Shown piece after piece: positions 1 through 9,033 of a DNA stretch of 64,000 bases. Source of the DNA: Acidimicrobiales bacterium (GTDB lineage Bacteria > Actinomycetota > Acidimicrobiia > Acidimicrobiales > AC-9). Below the pieces are notes generated by a model. The model had not been told where the DNA came from. It did no database searches and saw only the letters and a program-made list of their open reading frames with translations. The translations under genes were made by a program, and so were the position numbers. Each line of letters starts with the position of its first letter. The first letter of the stretch is position 1. The DNA is taken from assembly GCA_036270875.1 (NCBI GenBank), contig DATBBR010000070.1:5002-69001 (forward strand), read 5' to 3'.

Positions 1-263
1 AGCAGGATCAGCGGGGCGGCGTAGGCCGCCTGCGTCGAGAAGGCCAGGTTGAGCAGGATGAAGGGATATGGATCGAAGCTGAGGCTGGCGGCCACGGCGT
101 TGAAGGTGATCCACATGACGACGATGATGCTCTGGATAGCGAGGAAACGAGCTGTCCCGAAGAACCGGGCCAGCGTCTCCGAGAACCGTCCGAAGGCCTC
201 GGGGTCGTAGTGGATCCCGCCGCTGATCCCGCGGGGCATCGCCAGGGTGTCTTCATGGGCCAT
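1..263 (-). CDS. DUF1003-family membrane protein (N-terminal part; gene continues beyond window start)
   Basis: Hand translation of the minus strand from ATG at 263 gives MAHEDTLAMPRGISGGIHYDPEAFGRFSETLARFFGTARFLAIQSIIVVMWITFNAVAASLSFDPYPFILLNLAFSTQAAYAAPLILL. The FDPYPFILLNL.FS.QAAY..P.IL block is the DUF1003 signature as I remember it. It is missing from the ORF track because no stop lies inside the window. An alternative ATG is at 239. The start overlaps the stop of the upstream CBS gene. Confidence 0.7.
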   Translation of the reverse strand, partial: MAHEDTLAMPRGISGGIHYDPEAFGRFSETLARFFGTARFLAIQSIIVVMWITFNAVAASLSFDPYPFILLNLAFSTQAAYAAPLIL

Positions 264-1479
264 TCGCTGTCGTCCTCCTCGGGTCTCGCCAGTTTGGGGG
301 CAGCACTCGGTCGAGCACGTCGTCGACGGTGACGGCGCCGACGAGGCGCCCGGCGGAATCGGTGACGGCCACGGCGAGCGCGTCGTAGGCGGCGACCCGG
401 GCGGCGACCTCGGCCGCGCTGATGTCGGCGGCGACCGGTGCCGGCCTGTCGTCGAGGCATCGACCCAAGGGCCTCGGAGGAGGCTCCCGGAGCAGGCGTT
501 GATAGCCCGCCACGCCCAGGTACCGGCCGGTCGGGGTGTCGGTCGGCGGGTGGGTGACGAACACCTGGGCGGCCAAGGTGGCGGGGAGCTCCGGGTCGCG
601 CATGCGGGCCAGCGCCTCGGCCACGGTCACCGTCGGCCGCAGGATGACCGGCTCCGGGTTCATCAACCCGCCGGCGGTGTTGGGGTCGTAGTCGAGCAGC
701 CGGCGCACGGGGGCCGCCTCGTCGGGCGTCATCGCCGCCAGCAGGGCGCCCTGGCGCTCGGCCGGGAGCTCGCCCAAGAGGTCGGCGGCGTCGTCAGCCT
801 CCATCTCGTCGAGCACGTGGGCCAGCCGGTCGCCGTCGAGCCCTTCCACGATGCGCAGCTGCTCGTCCTCCGAGAGCTCTTCGAGCAGATCGGCCAGCCG
901 GTCGTCATCGAGGGCCCCCGCCAGCACCCGCCGGCGGGCCAGCGGGAGCGCCCGGATCGCCGCCGCCATCTCCACGGGGTGGAGCGCTCCGATGGCGGCG
1001 GCCTCGCGCCCGACGGGGCTGCGAACGGTGAACAGCTCGGTGGCCTCGGGCCAATCGATGATCTCGGGAGGCCGCCGGCGCCCGAGGCGACCACGAGAGC
1101 CGAGGGCCACGGTCGCCACTTCCCAGGCGAACGACACCATCGGGTCGGGGCGGATGGCCAGGTCGATGACCCTCTGTCCGCGCAACGAGCGGCCGAGCAG
1201 CTGGCCCATGACCAGGAGCTCGCCCGGCCGCAGCTCGAACTGGCGGAGGTTGATCGCCCCCCGCAGGCGGGCGCCCTCGTGGCTCAGCTCGGCGATGCGA
1301 CCGGCGGCGACGAAGACCCGCCGGCGCTGGAGCGCGACGACAAACCCGCGGACGTCCGGCGCGTCACGGCCGCCCCATGCGCTGAGCACGACGTCCGCCA
1401 GCTGGCCAACGGCGGCCCCGTCGGCGCCGAGCAGCGACAATCGGACCAGCCGCGAGACATAGACGAGACGCTCCGCCAC
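253..1479 (-). CDS. cytoplasmic MgtE-N-domain / tandem CBS-domain protein (no transporter domain)
   Basis: 408-aa ORF. It contains an acidic MgtE_N-like helical repeat (DDDRLADLLEELSEDEQLRIVEGLDGDRLAHVLDEMEADDAADLLGELP) followed by CBS-pair-like sequence (GGLMNPEPVILRPTVTVAEALARMR ... AVAVTDSAGRLVGAVTVDDVLDRV). Pairing with a downstream DUF1003 gene is, from memory, a conserved actinobacterial arrangement. Confidence 0.8.
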   Translation of the reverse strand: MAERLVYVSRLVRLSLLGADGAAVGQLADVVLSAWGGRDAPDVRGFVVALQRRRVFVAAGRIAELSHEGARLRGAINLRQFELRPGELLVMGQLLGRSLRGQRVIDLAIRPDPMVSFAWEVATVALGSRGRLGRRRPPEIIDWPEATELFTVRSPVGREAAAIGALHPVEMAAAIRALPLARRRVLAGALDDDRLADLLEELSEDEQLRIVEGLDGDRLAHVLDEMEADDAADLLGELPAERQGALLAAMTPDEAAPVRRLLDYDPNTAGGLMNPEPVILRPTVTVAEALARMRDPELPATLAAQVFVTHPPTDTPTGRYLGVAGYQRLLREPPPRPLGRCLDDRPAPVAADISAAEVAARVAAYDALAVAVTDSAGRLVGAVTVDDVLDRVLPPNWRDPRRTTANGP

Positions 1480-1748
1480 CTCGCCAAGGTAGCTCCCGCG
1501 CCCGGGGCAGCCACTGAACGTGCCTGAGGGCGACGTGTCGAAACCACGACGAAAATCATTCAGCCCGAGTTCATCTGGGCTTCACAGGCGTTCGGCCAGA
1601 CCGTTCGCTCGCCGACACGGGCGCCCAATAGCATCGGGCGTGTGCCGTGAGGAAGACTCGGGGAAGGCTCGGTCCATGACGCCCAGCGGCGCCAAGGGCC
1701 CGAGGCGATCAGCGTTTCGCTCACCTTGGCGACTGAGAGGTGAAGACC

Positions 1749-1937
1749 ATGGCGTCTAGCGCAAACGGCCGTGAGACGTCGGAGCAGAGGGCTCCGTTCG
1801 GAGACCATACGCTTCCAAAGACCATCCGCATCCTGAGCGACCGGGCCGAGCTGGAGGAGGCGCTGCGCAAGGCGGCCGCCCACGATCAGGCCCTGGCCGA
1901 CCAGATCTCGAGGCGCGCTGCCCGCTACCGCCGCTGA
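1749..1937 (+). CDS. hypothetical small protein (62 aa)
   Basis: ATG at 1749 is preceded by GAGAGGTG. The second half (ILSDRAELEEALRKAAAHDQALADQISRRAARYRR) has high third-position GC and reads as an amphipathic helix. I recognise no family. Confidence 0.3.
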   Translation: MASSANGRETSEQRAPFGDHTLPKTIRILSDRAELEEALRKAAAHDQALADQISRRAARYRR

Positions 1938-1994
1938 GCGTCCTGTCGCGAGCGGGTGCCGTCGGCGAGCCGAGGCTGCCGAAGCCGGCAGCGA

Positions 1995-3113
1995 TCAGCC
2001 CGATGAGAAAGGTACGAGCGGATCGGAGCCATCACGCTGCAACGGCATCCGCACGGTGAAGGCGCACCCGGCTCCCTCGTTGTGGACCACGATCTCACCG
2101 CGCTGCGCCTCGACGAGGCCTCGAGCGATGGCAAGACCGAGGCCCGCTCCCCCACCGCCGTCGCGGCCGCGGGCGGCGTCGCCCCTGTAGGCCACCTCGA
2201 AGACCCGCTCGAGGTCCTGGGCCGGGATCCCCCCACAGGAGTCGAGCACCGTCACCGTGGCCGAGCCGTCCTCGTAGCCGGCGGCGATCGTCACTTGCCC
2301 TCCGGCCGGCGTGTGTCGGATGGCGTTGTCGAGCAGGTTGCGGAGGGCCCGGCCGAACTCCGGGGTCGAGAGCTCGACGCTGGGGCCCGAACCGACGGCC
2401 CGGCCGCTCAGGCGTATCGCCTTGGCCTCGGCGGCGGGCCTGGCCCCGGCGAGCGCGTCGGAGACGAGGTCGGTGAGGGAGGCGGGCGCGGGCGACAGCC
2501 GCAGGGTGTGGGCCCCGATCCGGCTGAGCTCGAACAGCTCGTCGACCAGCTTGGCCAGGCGCTCGGTCTCGAGCCGCATGGTCCGGTGGTAGCGGGCGAC
2601 CGTCTCGGCGTCGTCGACCACACCGTCCTCGAGGGCCTCGACCATGGCCCGGATGCCGGACAGCGGCGTGCGAAGGTCGTGGGAGACCCACGCCACGAGC
2701 TCGCGGCGAGAGGCCTCGACGGCCTGGGCCCGGGCCCTGGCCTCGGCCAGGCGAGCCTGGTCATGGCCGAGGATGAGCGCGGCAAGGATGCCGACCGTGC
2801 CGGCCGGCGGCAGGACCACCAGGAGCACGGCGAGGTCGTGGTCGTTGATGAACATCTGCGACGCAGCGACGAGGACGCCGGCTCCCACCGCGGCCACCAC
2901 GCCCAACGCGACCACCGCGGCCTGGAACCCGACAGACCGCGGGGGCGCGCCGCGAAGGGCGCCCCACCCGATGACGCCGACCGCACCGGCCGCACCGATG
3001 CTGATGCCCGACAGCGTCATCGCATCGCCCCAGGGCATCCCGGTGGCCAGCGCGGCCAGCGTGGTGACGAGGGCGCCGGCAGCGACGACCAGCCATACCC
3101 GCCGTGCGGTCAC
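1995..3113 (-). CDS. sensor histidine kinase, intramembrane-sensing type (4 predicted TM helices, no obvious extracytoplasmic or HAMP domain)
   Basis: H-box ELVAWVSHDLRTPLSGI, N-box LRNLLDNAIRHTP and G-box GGGAGLGLAIARGLVEA are present. Start placed at GTG 3113, which forms a GTGA overlap with the response-regulator stop. The 491-aa track ORF extends upstream only as Arg/Pro-rich read-through. Confidence 0.9.
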   Translation of the reverse strand: MTARRVWLVVAAGALVTTLAALATGMPWGDAMTLSGISIGAAGAVGVIGWGALRGAPPRSVGFQAAVVALGVVAAVGAGVLVAASQMFINDHDLAVLLVVLPPAGTVGILAALILGHDQARLAEARARAQAVEASRRELVAWVSHDLRTPLSGIRAMVEALEDGVVDDAETVARYHRTMRLETERLAKLVDELFELSRIGAHTLRLSPAPASLTDLVSDALAGARPAAEAKAIRLSGRAVGSGPSVELSTPEFGRALRNLLDNAIRHTPAGGQVTIAAGYEDGSATVTVLDSCGGIPAQDLERVFEVAYRGDAARGRDGGGGAGLGLAIARGLVEAQRGEIVVHNEGAGCAFTVRMPLQRDGSDPLVPFSSG

Positions 3114-3952
3114 GGCTCGAACCGGTAGCCGACGCTCCACACGGTGACGACGTGACGAGGATCGGCCGGGTCGGCCTCGACCTTCTCGCGCAGTCGCCGG
3201 ATGTGGACCGTGACCGTCGACGTGTCGCCGTAGGTGTAGCCCCAGACATGCTCGAGCAGCTCCTCCCGGCTGAACGCCCGCCGCGGGTGGCGCATCAGGA
3301 AGACGAGGAGGTCGAACTCCTTGGAGGTGAGGGCGACGAGCGTCCCGCCGAGCCGGGTCTCGCGGGCCGCGGTGTTCACGCTGAGCCGGCCTGCCGTCAG
3401 GACGGCGCCGGACGGCGTCGAGCCGGCGGACGCCCCCCCTGCGGCCGGCCCGGCATCGGGCTGCGGCCACGGCCCACCTCGAGCCCGGCGCAGCACCGAC
3501 CGGATCCTGGCCATGAGCTCCCTGGGCGAGAACGGCTTCGACACATAGTCGTCGGCACCGAGCTCGAGGCCGGCGATGCGATCGGCCTCGTCGCTCTTGG
3601 CGGTCAGCATGATGACCGGGATTGGGGCCGCCAGCCGCAGGCGCCGGCAGACCTCGAGCCCGTCCAGGCCCGGAATCATGAGGTCGATCACGACCAGGTC
3701 CGGCAACGAGCGAAGGGCTCGCTCGACGGCGTGCGTGCCGTCCGCCACCTCTTCGACGGCGTAGCCCTCACGGGTCAGGTAGCGGGCGACCACCTCCGAG
3801 ACGGTGCGATCGTCCTCGACCACCAGCACCCGGGTGGTGGCGCCGTCGGGCGCGGGCGCAGCGAGGCCCTCCACTCCCGTGATGCTAGGCCCCGGGTCCC
3901 CGGGGCGTGGCGCGCGGCCCGCCGGGCCGCGCCATCCGTGAGGCCTCCTCAT
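3110..3952 (-). CDS. OmpR/PhoB-family response regulator
   Basis: Receiver domain (RVLVVEDD ... DLVVIDLMIPGLDG ... PVIMLTAK ... GADDYVSKPF) plus winged-helix domain (LTSKEFDLLVFLMRHPRRAFSREELLEHVWG ... VHIRRLREKVE ... VTVWSVGYRFEP). An unusually long Gly/Pro/Ala linker joins them. This is only the last 280 aa of the 787-aa track ORF. The ATG at 3952 overlaps the epimerase stop (ATGA). Confidence 0.9.
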   Translation of the reverse strand: MRRPHGWRGPAGRAPRPGDPGPSITGVEGLAAPAPDGATTRVLVVEDDRTVSEVVARYLTREGYAVEEVADGTHAVERALRSLPDLVVIDLMIPGLDGLEVCRRLRLAAPIPVIMLTAKSDEADRIAGLELGADDYVSKPFSPRELMARIRSVLRRARGGPWPQPDAGPAAGGASAGSTPSGAVLTAGRLSVNTAARETRLGGTLVALTSKEFDLLVFLMRHPRRAFSREELLEHVWGYTYGDTSTVTVHIRRLREKVEADPADPRHVVTVWSVGYRFEP

Positions 3953-5010
3953 GACGATCGCGCCGCTCGCAGCTCGGCGCGTGCGAGCTCCTGCATGCCG
4001 TCCGCGAACCCGACCTCGCTGCGAAAGCCCAGCCGATCCGCGGCCAGCGCCGGCGACGCCGTCACGTGGCGGACGTCGCCAGGGCGGTAGCGGCCGGTGA
4101 CCACCGGGGGCGGTGCATCCGATCCGACGGCGAAATGCAGGGCGGCGGCCATCTCCGCCACGGAGTGGACCTCCCCCGAGGCCACGTTGAGCGGCCCGTC
4201 CGGCGGCTCGGGGGCGAGCAGCGCGAGTCGGTTGGCCCGGGCGACGTCGCGCACATGGACGAAGTCGCGCCGCTGACCACCGTCCTCGAACACCAGCGGG
4301 GCCAACCCCGCCAGCAGGCGGCTGCGGAAGATGCTGGCCACCCCCGCGTAAGGCGTGTCCCGCGGCATCCTCGGCCCGTAGACGTTGTGGTAGCGCAGGC
4401 GGGTGACCGGCACGCCCCGCTCCTGTCCGAACACCGCGCAGAGATGCTCCTGGTGCACCTTGGTGGCGGCGTAGATGCTGCGCGGCTCCAGGGGGGCGGC
4501 CTCGGTCACGGCCGACGGCTCGAGCGGCGCCCTGCACGCAGGGCACCTCGGCTCGAAGCGCCCCGCGTCGAGATCGTCGGGCTGGCGGGGCAAGGGCCGC
4601 ACCAAGCCGTGATCGGTGCACAGATAGGCGCCCTCCCCGTAGACGACCATGCTGCTGGCGAGGACGATCCGGCCCGCGAAGCGGTGGCCGTGGAGCGCCC
4701 GGAGCAGGACGGCGGTGGCCCGGTCGTTGTCGTCGACGTAGCCGGTGACGTCGGCGAAGTCCACGCCCAGGCCCACCCTGGATGCCTGGTGGCACACGGC
4801 ATCCACTCCCTCGGTGGCGGCCATCGCCAGGTCCGGGTCGGCGAGATCGCCGAAGCGGTACTCGGCCTGTTCGTGCAAATACGACGGCAGGCCCCCGTGG
4901 GCATTCGGGTGCAGCGAGTCGACGACGCGCACCTCGACCCCGGCCTGGACCAGGTCGTCGACCACGTGCGACCCGATGAAGCCGGCGCCGCCGGTGACGA
5001 GAACCCTCAC
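3949..5010 (-). CDS. NAD-dependent epimerase/dehydratase (SDR) with a Cys/His-rich insertion
   Basis: Rossmann motif VLVTGGAGFIGSH and catalytic YAATK (YxxxK). Insertion CTDHG...(21 aa)...CPAC at residues 131-159. GTG start at 5010 overlaps the methyltransferase stop (GTGA). Confidence 0.9.
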   Translation of the reverse strand: MRVLVTGGAGFIGSHVVDDLVQAGVEVRVVDSLHPNAHGGLPSYLHEQAEYRFGDLADPDLAMAATEGVDAVCHQASRVGLGVDFADVTGYVDDNDRATAVLLRALHGHRFAGRIVLASSMVVYGEGAYLCTDHGLVRPLPRQPDDLDAGRFEPRCPACRAPLEPSAVTEAAPLEPRSIYAATKVHQEHLCAVFGQERGVPVTRLRYHNVYGPRMPRDTPYAGVASIFRSRLLAGLAPLVFEDGGQRRDFVHVRDVARANRLALLAPEPPDGPLNVASGEVHSVAEMAAALHFAVGSDAPPPVVTGRYRPGDVRHVTASPALAADRLGFRSEVGFADGMQELARAELRAARSS

Positions 5011-5705
5011 GCTCCCTCCGCCAGCGCGATCGCCCAGGCGTCAGCACCGAGGCCCGATCCGCACCCGACGCATCCGTCGTGATCCGACCGCGGATCATGG
5101 CCGTGATCACCTGCCGGGTGCCGAACGAGCCGGGCGAACCAGCGACTCCCGGACTCCCAGATGGCAGAGACTCCGAGGCCCGAGGACTCGGCCGTGAGGG
5201 GCAGGCGGGAGGCGGCCACACGGGCCCACGGGAACCACGGTCCGCGGACCGAGCCATGCTCGACGCGGGCGCGCATCCGCCCGGTCGGGGTGCCGGGCGG
5301 ATCGACCTCCACCAGCGCACAACCTCCAGGGGCCAGGAGCTGACCGATGCGACGGAGCAGTGCCGTCGGCGACCCGCCGATCCCGATGTTGCCATCGAGC
5401 AGCAGCACGGTCTGCCAGGCCTCGGCCAGCGGAAGCGGCCGGAAGACGCAGCGCTGCAGCACCGCGGCGCCACGGTCGCGCGCGACCGTGACCGCGAGGG
5501 GCGAGATGTCGATGCCCAGCGCAGGCACGCCCATCCTGGCCAGGGCCAGGACGTGGCGGCCGGGCCCGCATCCGACGTCGAGCGCTGGCCCCACGACCTC
5601 GCCCAGGATCCGCTCCTCCTCGGGCGTCGGTTGACCGCGCCAGCGGCCCGGCTCCAGCGAGAGGGACGACCCGTCGGTACCGCGAAGCACGGGACGAGCC
5701 TTCAT
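5007..5705 (-). CDS. class I SAM-dependent methyltransferase
   Basis: Motif I ALDVGCGPGRHVLALA followed by GIDISPLAV. Start set at ATG 5705 (MKARPVL), which overlaps the DUF2064 stop (ATGA). The upstream part of the 330-aa track ORF is Arg/Pro-rich read-through. Confidence 0.85.
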   Translation of the reverse strand: MKARPVLRGTDGSSLSLEPGRWRGQPTPEEERILGEVVGPALDVGCGPGRHVLALARMGVPALGIDISPLAVTVARDRGAAVLQRCVFRPLPLAEAWQTVLLLDGNIGIGGSPTALLRRIGQLLAPGGCALVEVDPPGTPTGRMRARVEHGSVRGPWFPWARVAASRLPLTAESSGLGVSAIWESGSRWFARLVRHPAGDHGHDPRSDHDGCVGCGSGLGADAWAIALAEGA

Positions 5706-6340
5706 GCCGAGCGGGCCGCCCGCTCTTCGGTGGAGAGGCGCAGGGCAGCGGCGAAGCGGGTACCGGGAGCGATCTGGGAGACGGCCACGGCGTCCTCGAT
5801 GCGGTCCACGTCGCGCAGGATCGGCAGCTCGACGACCCGATGCCCCAGGGCCCGCAGGCGCCGGTGCTGGGCCGCACCGGTGTGGGGCATGCTCATCGGC
5901 ACTCCGATGAACACCCGAGGGTCCGGGCGCGGGAGGCCGATCGCCCACCATCCCCCGTCGAAGGCGGGGCCGAACAGGGCAGCCGTCGACGGCGGGCACA
6001 GCAGCCCGAGGGCCTGGTCCAGGACCGCTGACGTCACCTGGGGCGTGTCCATCCCGATCTGCACCCCCGGGCCCCCGGTGTCGACCCAGGCGTTGGCCAG
6101 GCGCTCGCCGAGACTCCGCCCCCGCTGGGCGATGACCTCGAAGCCCGGCGGCAGCCAGTCGCCCGGCCGCCCGTCGAGGGCGACGACGCGGCGCTCGGCG
6201 CCGCAGCCGGCCACGGCCTCACAGGTGTCGGCCAACGACGCCTCGGCCAGGGCCGCGGCCTCGACGGGATCACACGGCGGGCACAACCGGGTCTTTACCC
6301 GGCCCGGCTCCGGCGCCTTGGCCATCACGAGCACGTGCAC
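5702..6340 (-). CDS. DUF2064 / TIGR04282-like (CofC-like nucleotidyltransferase-fold) protein
   Basis: N-terminus VLVMAKAPEPGRVKTRLCPP matches the remembered DUF2064 signature (MAK.P.PG.VKTRL). AGGAGG lies 5 nt upstream of the GTG at 6340. Confidence 0.8.
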   Translation of the reverse strand: MHVLVMAKAPEPGRVKTRLCPPCDPVEAAALAEASLADTCEAVAGCGAERRVVALDGRPGDWLPPGFEVIAQRGRSLGERLANAWVDTGGPGVQIGMDTPQVTSAVLDQALGLLCPPSTAALFGPAFDGGWWAIGLPRPDPRVFIGVPMSMPHTGAAQHRRLRALGHRVVELPILRDVDRIEDAVAVSQIAPGTRFAAALRLSTEERAARSA

Positions 6341-6365
6341 GAACGCCTCCTGGTCGGGCCGACGC

Positions 6366-7010
6366 TCATCGCAGGGCCGCCCCCATGTCGCGCGCGGCGC
6401 GCACCGTCCCCCTGAGCGTGCCGGTCACCTTCGAGCGCCCGACCCGGCGTCGGTAGGTGACCGGGACCTCGTTCACCCGCCAACCCGCCGCCCCGGCACG
6501 CAGCACCATCTCGAGGGGCCAGCCGAACCGACGGTCGACGATACCGAGGTCGAGCAGGGCACGACGACGGGCCGCCCGCATGGGGCCGAGATCGGAGAGG
6601 TGCACGCCGGTGCGCCGTCGCAGCTCGACGCACAAGGCCAGGTTGGCGGCGCGCAGGTGCAGCGGCCAGGCAGCCCGATCGGCGTGACGGGCGCCGAGCA
6701 CCAGGTCGGCTCGATCGACCCGCACCGGGGCGGTCACGCGCTCGAGGTCGAGCGGGTCGAGCGATCCGTCGCAGTCCATGATGCAGACGACCTCCGACGA
6801 CGCCGCAACCAGCCCGGCGAAGCAGGCCCAGCCGAAGCCGGGTCGGCCCTCGGATACGACCGCGGCGCCCGCCCGTCGGGCGATATCGGCCGAGCCGTCG
6901 GTCGACCCGTTGTCGACCACCAACGGCTCGTAGCCGGCGGGCATGCGACCGAGGACCCACGGCAGGGCCTCGGCCTCGTTCAACACTGGAAGCACGACCT
7001 GGATCGTCAT
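6366..7010 (-). CDS. family-2 glycosyltransferase, polyprenyl-phosphate-sugar-synthase-like
   Basis: VVLPVLNEAEAL ... VVDNGSTDGSADIA ... IMDCDGSLDP (a DxD-type motif). The protein is short and soluble, of the DPM1/GtrB-like type. ATG 7010 overlaps the GT-C stop (ATGA). Confidence 0.85.
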   Translation of the reverse strand: MTIQVVLPVLNEAEALPWVLGRMPAGYEPLVVDNGSTDGSADIARRAGAAVVSEGRPGFGWACFAGLVAASSEVVCIMDCDGSLDPLDLERVTAPVRVDRADLVLGARHADRAAWPLHLRAANLALCVELRRRTGVHLSDLGPMRAARRRALLDLGIVDRRFGWPLEMVLRAGAAGWRVNEVPVTYRRRVGRSKVTGTLRGTVRAARDMGAALR

Positions 7011-8581
7011 CGCGGTCCCGCCCGCCGGAGGAAGAGCACCGTCGGGCGCAGCTTCTGATCGGTGACCGGATAAAAGGCAGCGCCCGACATGATCGGCGCC
7101 GGCACTTGGACGAAGTCCCGCCGCAGCACGTCGGCAAAGCCGCGCTCGTCGTCGGTGTCGTCGAGCACGACCGCGCCGACGGCGGGCGAGGCAATGGCCC
7201 CCGGCAGATCACGCAGGAGGACGCGGCGGCCGCGATCGTCGCCGCTCCGAAGCACCTCGAAGATCGCGTCTTCCTGGGCCGAGGTCCCCTTGCCGGCGAT
7301 CGTCGCGTACCAGGGGTGGTCCAGCACGATGACCCGGCCGGGCAGATGACGAAGGGTCGCGACCAGCTGGTCCCCCGCCCGATGGTCGGCCGCGGTCGGG
7401 ATCTGGGCCGCCAGCGGGTATCGCAGCTGGCCGAGCTGGAGCGCGATCGGCGCGGCCAGCAGCCCCGTCACCAGCCAGCGCCACCGGACTGGCGGCGCCC
7501 GGCGCAGAGCGGCAACGGCGTGCCCGACGAGCAGGGCCACCCCGGCGGCCGCCGGGATGAGCACGTCGTCCCAACCACCGCTGTGCAGCCGTCCGACCCA
7601 GCTGGCGCCGACCAGGCCGAGCACCACAGCCAGTTCGAAGCCCAGCACGTCAGGGCGAAACGGCCACCGGCGGCGAATCGCCCAGGGCCCCAGCACGGCC
7701 GCCGCGGCCAACAGCAGGGCCACCCCCAGGGGGTGCCAGAGGTCGTGGACCCAGAAGCCGGTCAGTGCGCCAGAGACGAACGGCTGGTGAGCCAGCTCAC
7801 CGAAGACGTAGTAGGCGTACCAACCGTGGGACAGCGCGTTCATGACCAGGGTCGACCCGATCACGAGGACACCCGCCGTCCCGGCGGCGCTCGCCCCCAC
7901 CCGCGGCCGGCGGAGCAACAGCCAGGCCAGCAACGGGAGGGCGGCCACGAGCGCCGTCTGCTTGGTGAAGAAGGCGAGGAACACGAGGACGCCGACGGCA
8001 AGCCCGCCCCGCCATGACCGGGCGCGCCTGGCGGCGAGCACGGCCAGGAGAAACAACAGCAGGAACAGCGAGTCGACCCGGCCGAGATCGAGCCAGGCGC
8101 CAGTGAGGCGGAACGTCGCCGCGTACAGCCCGACAGCGCACAAGCCGGCGACGCGGTCGCGCGTCTCCGACCTGACGAGGACGTAGATCACCAGGAACGT
8201 CGCCAGCGACGCCGTGAACGACACGAGCCGGAGGGCCAAGAAACCGACACCGATCACGTGCGCCACCGCGCCCGAGGTCCAGAAGTACAGCGGCGGGTAC
8301 GGCCACGGCACGTAATGCAGCGATGGTTGGACGTACAGGCCGTGACCGGCAGCCGCCCGCTGCACGATGCCGACGGCACCGCCCTCGAGCCATTCGAGCT
8401 CGAAGGGGTAGCCAATCCGGTGCAGCGCCACCCAGAGGTAGGCGGCGACGGGAAGCATGGCGACCGACCCGAGCACCAAGCCGGGTAACCAGCCGAGACC
8501 GGGCCGCTCCCGGGGTGGTCTCACCGGCGCCCGCTCCTCGTGAGCCAGGAGGGGCTCGACGGCAGTGGCGACGTCGCTCAC
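7007..8581 (-). CDS. GT-C-fold polytopic membrane glycosyltransferase (PMT_2/ArnT-like)
   Basis: About 11 hydrophobic segments followed by a soluble C-terminal domain of about 110 aa. Start placed at GTG 8581 (VSDVATAVEP), a GTGA overlap with the upstream gene. The 807-aa track ORF is read-through of the two upstream genes in another frame. Confidence 0.8.
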   Translation of the reverse strand: MSDVATAVEPLLAHEERAPVRPPRERPGLGWLPGLVLGSVAMLPVAAYLWVALHRIGYPFELEWLEGGAVGIVQRAAAGHGLYVQPSLHYVPWPYPPLYFWTSGAVAHVIGVGFLALRLVSFTASLATFLVIYVLVRSETRDRVAGLCAVGLYAATFRLTGAWLDLGRVDSLFLLLFLLAVLAARRARSWRGGLAVGVLVFLAFFTKQTALVAALPLLAWLLLRRPRVGASAAGTAGVLVIGSTLVMNALSHGWYAYYVFGELAHQPFVSGALTGFWVHDLWHPLGVALLLAAAAVLGPWAIRRRWPFRPDVLGFELAVVLGLVGASWVGRLHSGGWDDVLIPAAAGVALLVGHAVAALRRAPPVRWRWLVTGLLAAPIALQLGQLRYPLAAQIPTAADHRAGDQLVATLRHLPGRVIVLDHPWYATIAGKGTSAQEDAIFEVLRSGDDRGRRVLLRDLPGAIASPAVGAVVLDDTDDERGFADVLRRDFVQVPAPIMSGAAFYPVTDQKLRPTVLFLRRAGPR

Positions 8582-9033
8582 CCGCGGGCCCTCCAGAGCC
8601 GACCGAGGTAGAGGAGCGCGGACCCGGCGAACAGGATGCCGGTGACCAGCAGCCATCGACCCAGGTACGGACCGGTACCGAGCCCGGTGGCCGATCGGTA
8701 GGTCCGCTCGCCCAGTCCCAGCACGAGTGGGAAGAACATCAGAAACAGCAACCCCGACAGCAGGGCGGGGATCCTGATGTGGTTGATCAGGGGCGGGGCC
8801 GCGCCGTGGCCGGACGGCAGGCGGATGCGGCGCATGAGACGGTCGACGAGAGCGTCCAGCGGGAACAGCACGAAGTCGTGAAGGACGGCGGCGGCCACGA
8901 AGTAGACGCCGATCATCCATGCGTAGGGCACCTGGACCACGCGGTCGATGACGTAGCCGGCGAAGGCGAAGCACCCAGCGAGCAGCACCAGATGGGCGGG
9001 TCGGGCGCCGTAGGCGCGACGAAGGCGCTCCAC
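8578..9033 (-). CDS. hypothetical 4-TM membrane protein
   Basis: 151-aa hydrophobic ORF. Its GTG start directly abuts the stop of the upstream oxidoreductase gene (TGAGTG). No family recognised. Confidence 0.65.
   Translation of the reverse strand: MERLRRAYGARPAHLVLLAGCFAFAGYVIDRVVQVPYAWMIGVYFVAAAVLHDFVLFPLDALVDRLMRRIRLPSGHGAAPPLINHIRIPALLSGLLFLMFFPLVLGLGERTYRSATGLGTGPYLGRWLLVTGILFAGSALLYLGRLWRARG

Noticed and set aside
247-1527. 426-aa plus-strand ORF covering the whole CBS/MgtE-N gene.
   Set aside because: It is antisense to a gene with clear domain motifs. The translation is Gly/Arg/His/Pro-rich with no recognisable motif. This is a typical stop-poor shadow frame in high-GC DNA.
3110-5473. 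787-aa minus-strand ORF that looks like one giant protein.
   Set aside because: Only the last 280 aa (3110-3952) is a response regulator. The upstream part is Arg/Pro/Gly-rich read-through lying out of frame across the epimerase and methyltransferase genes, which have their own motifs and 4-nt-overlap starts.
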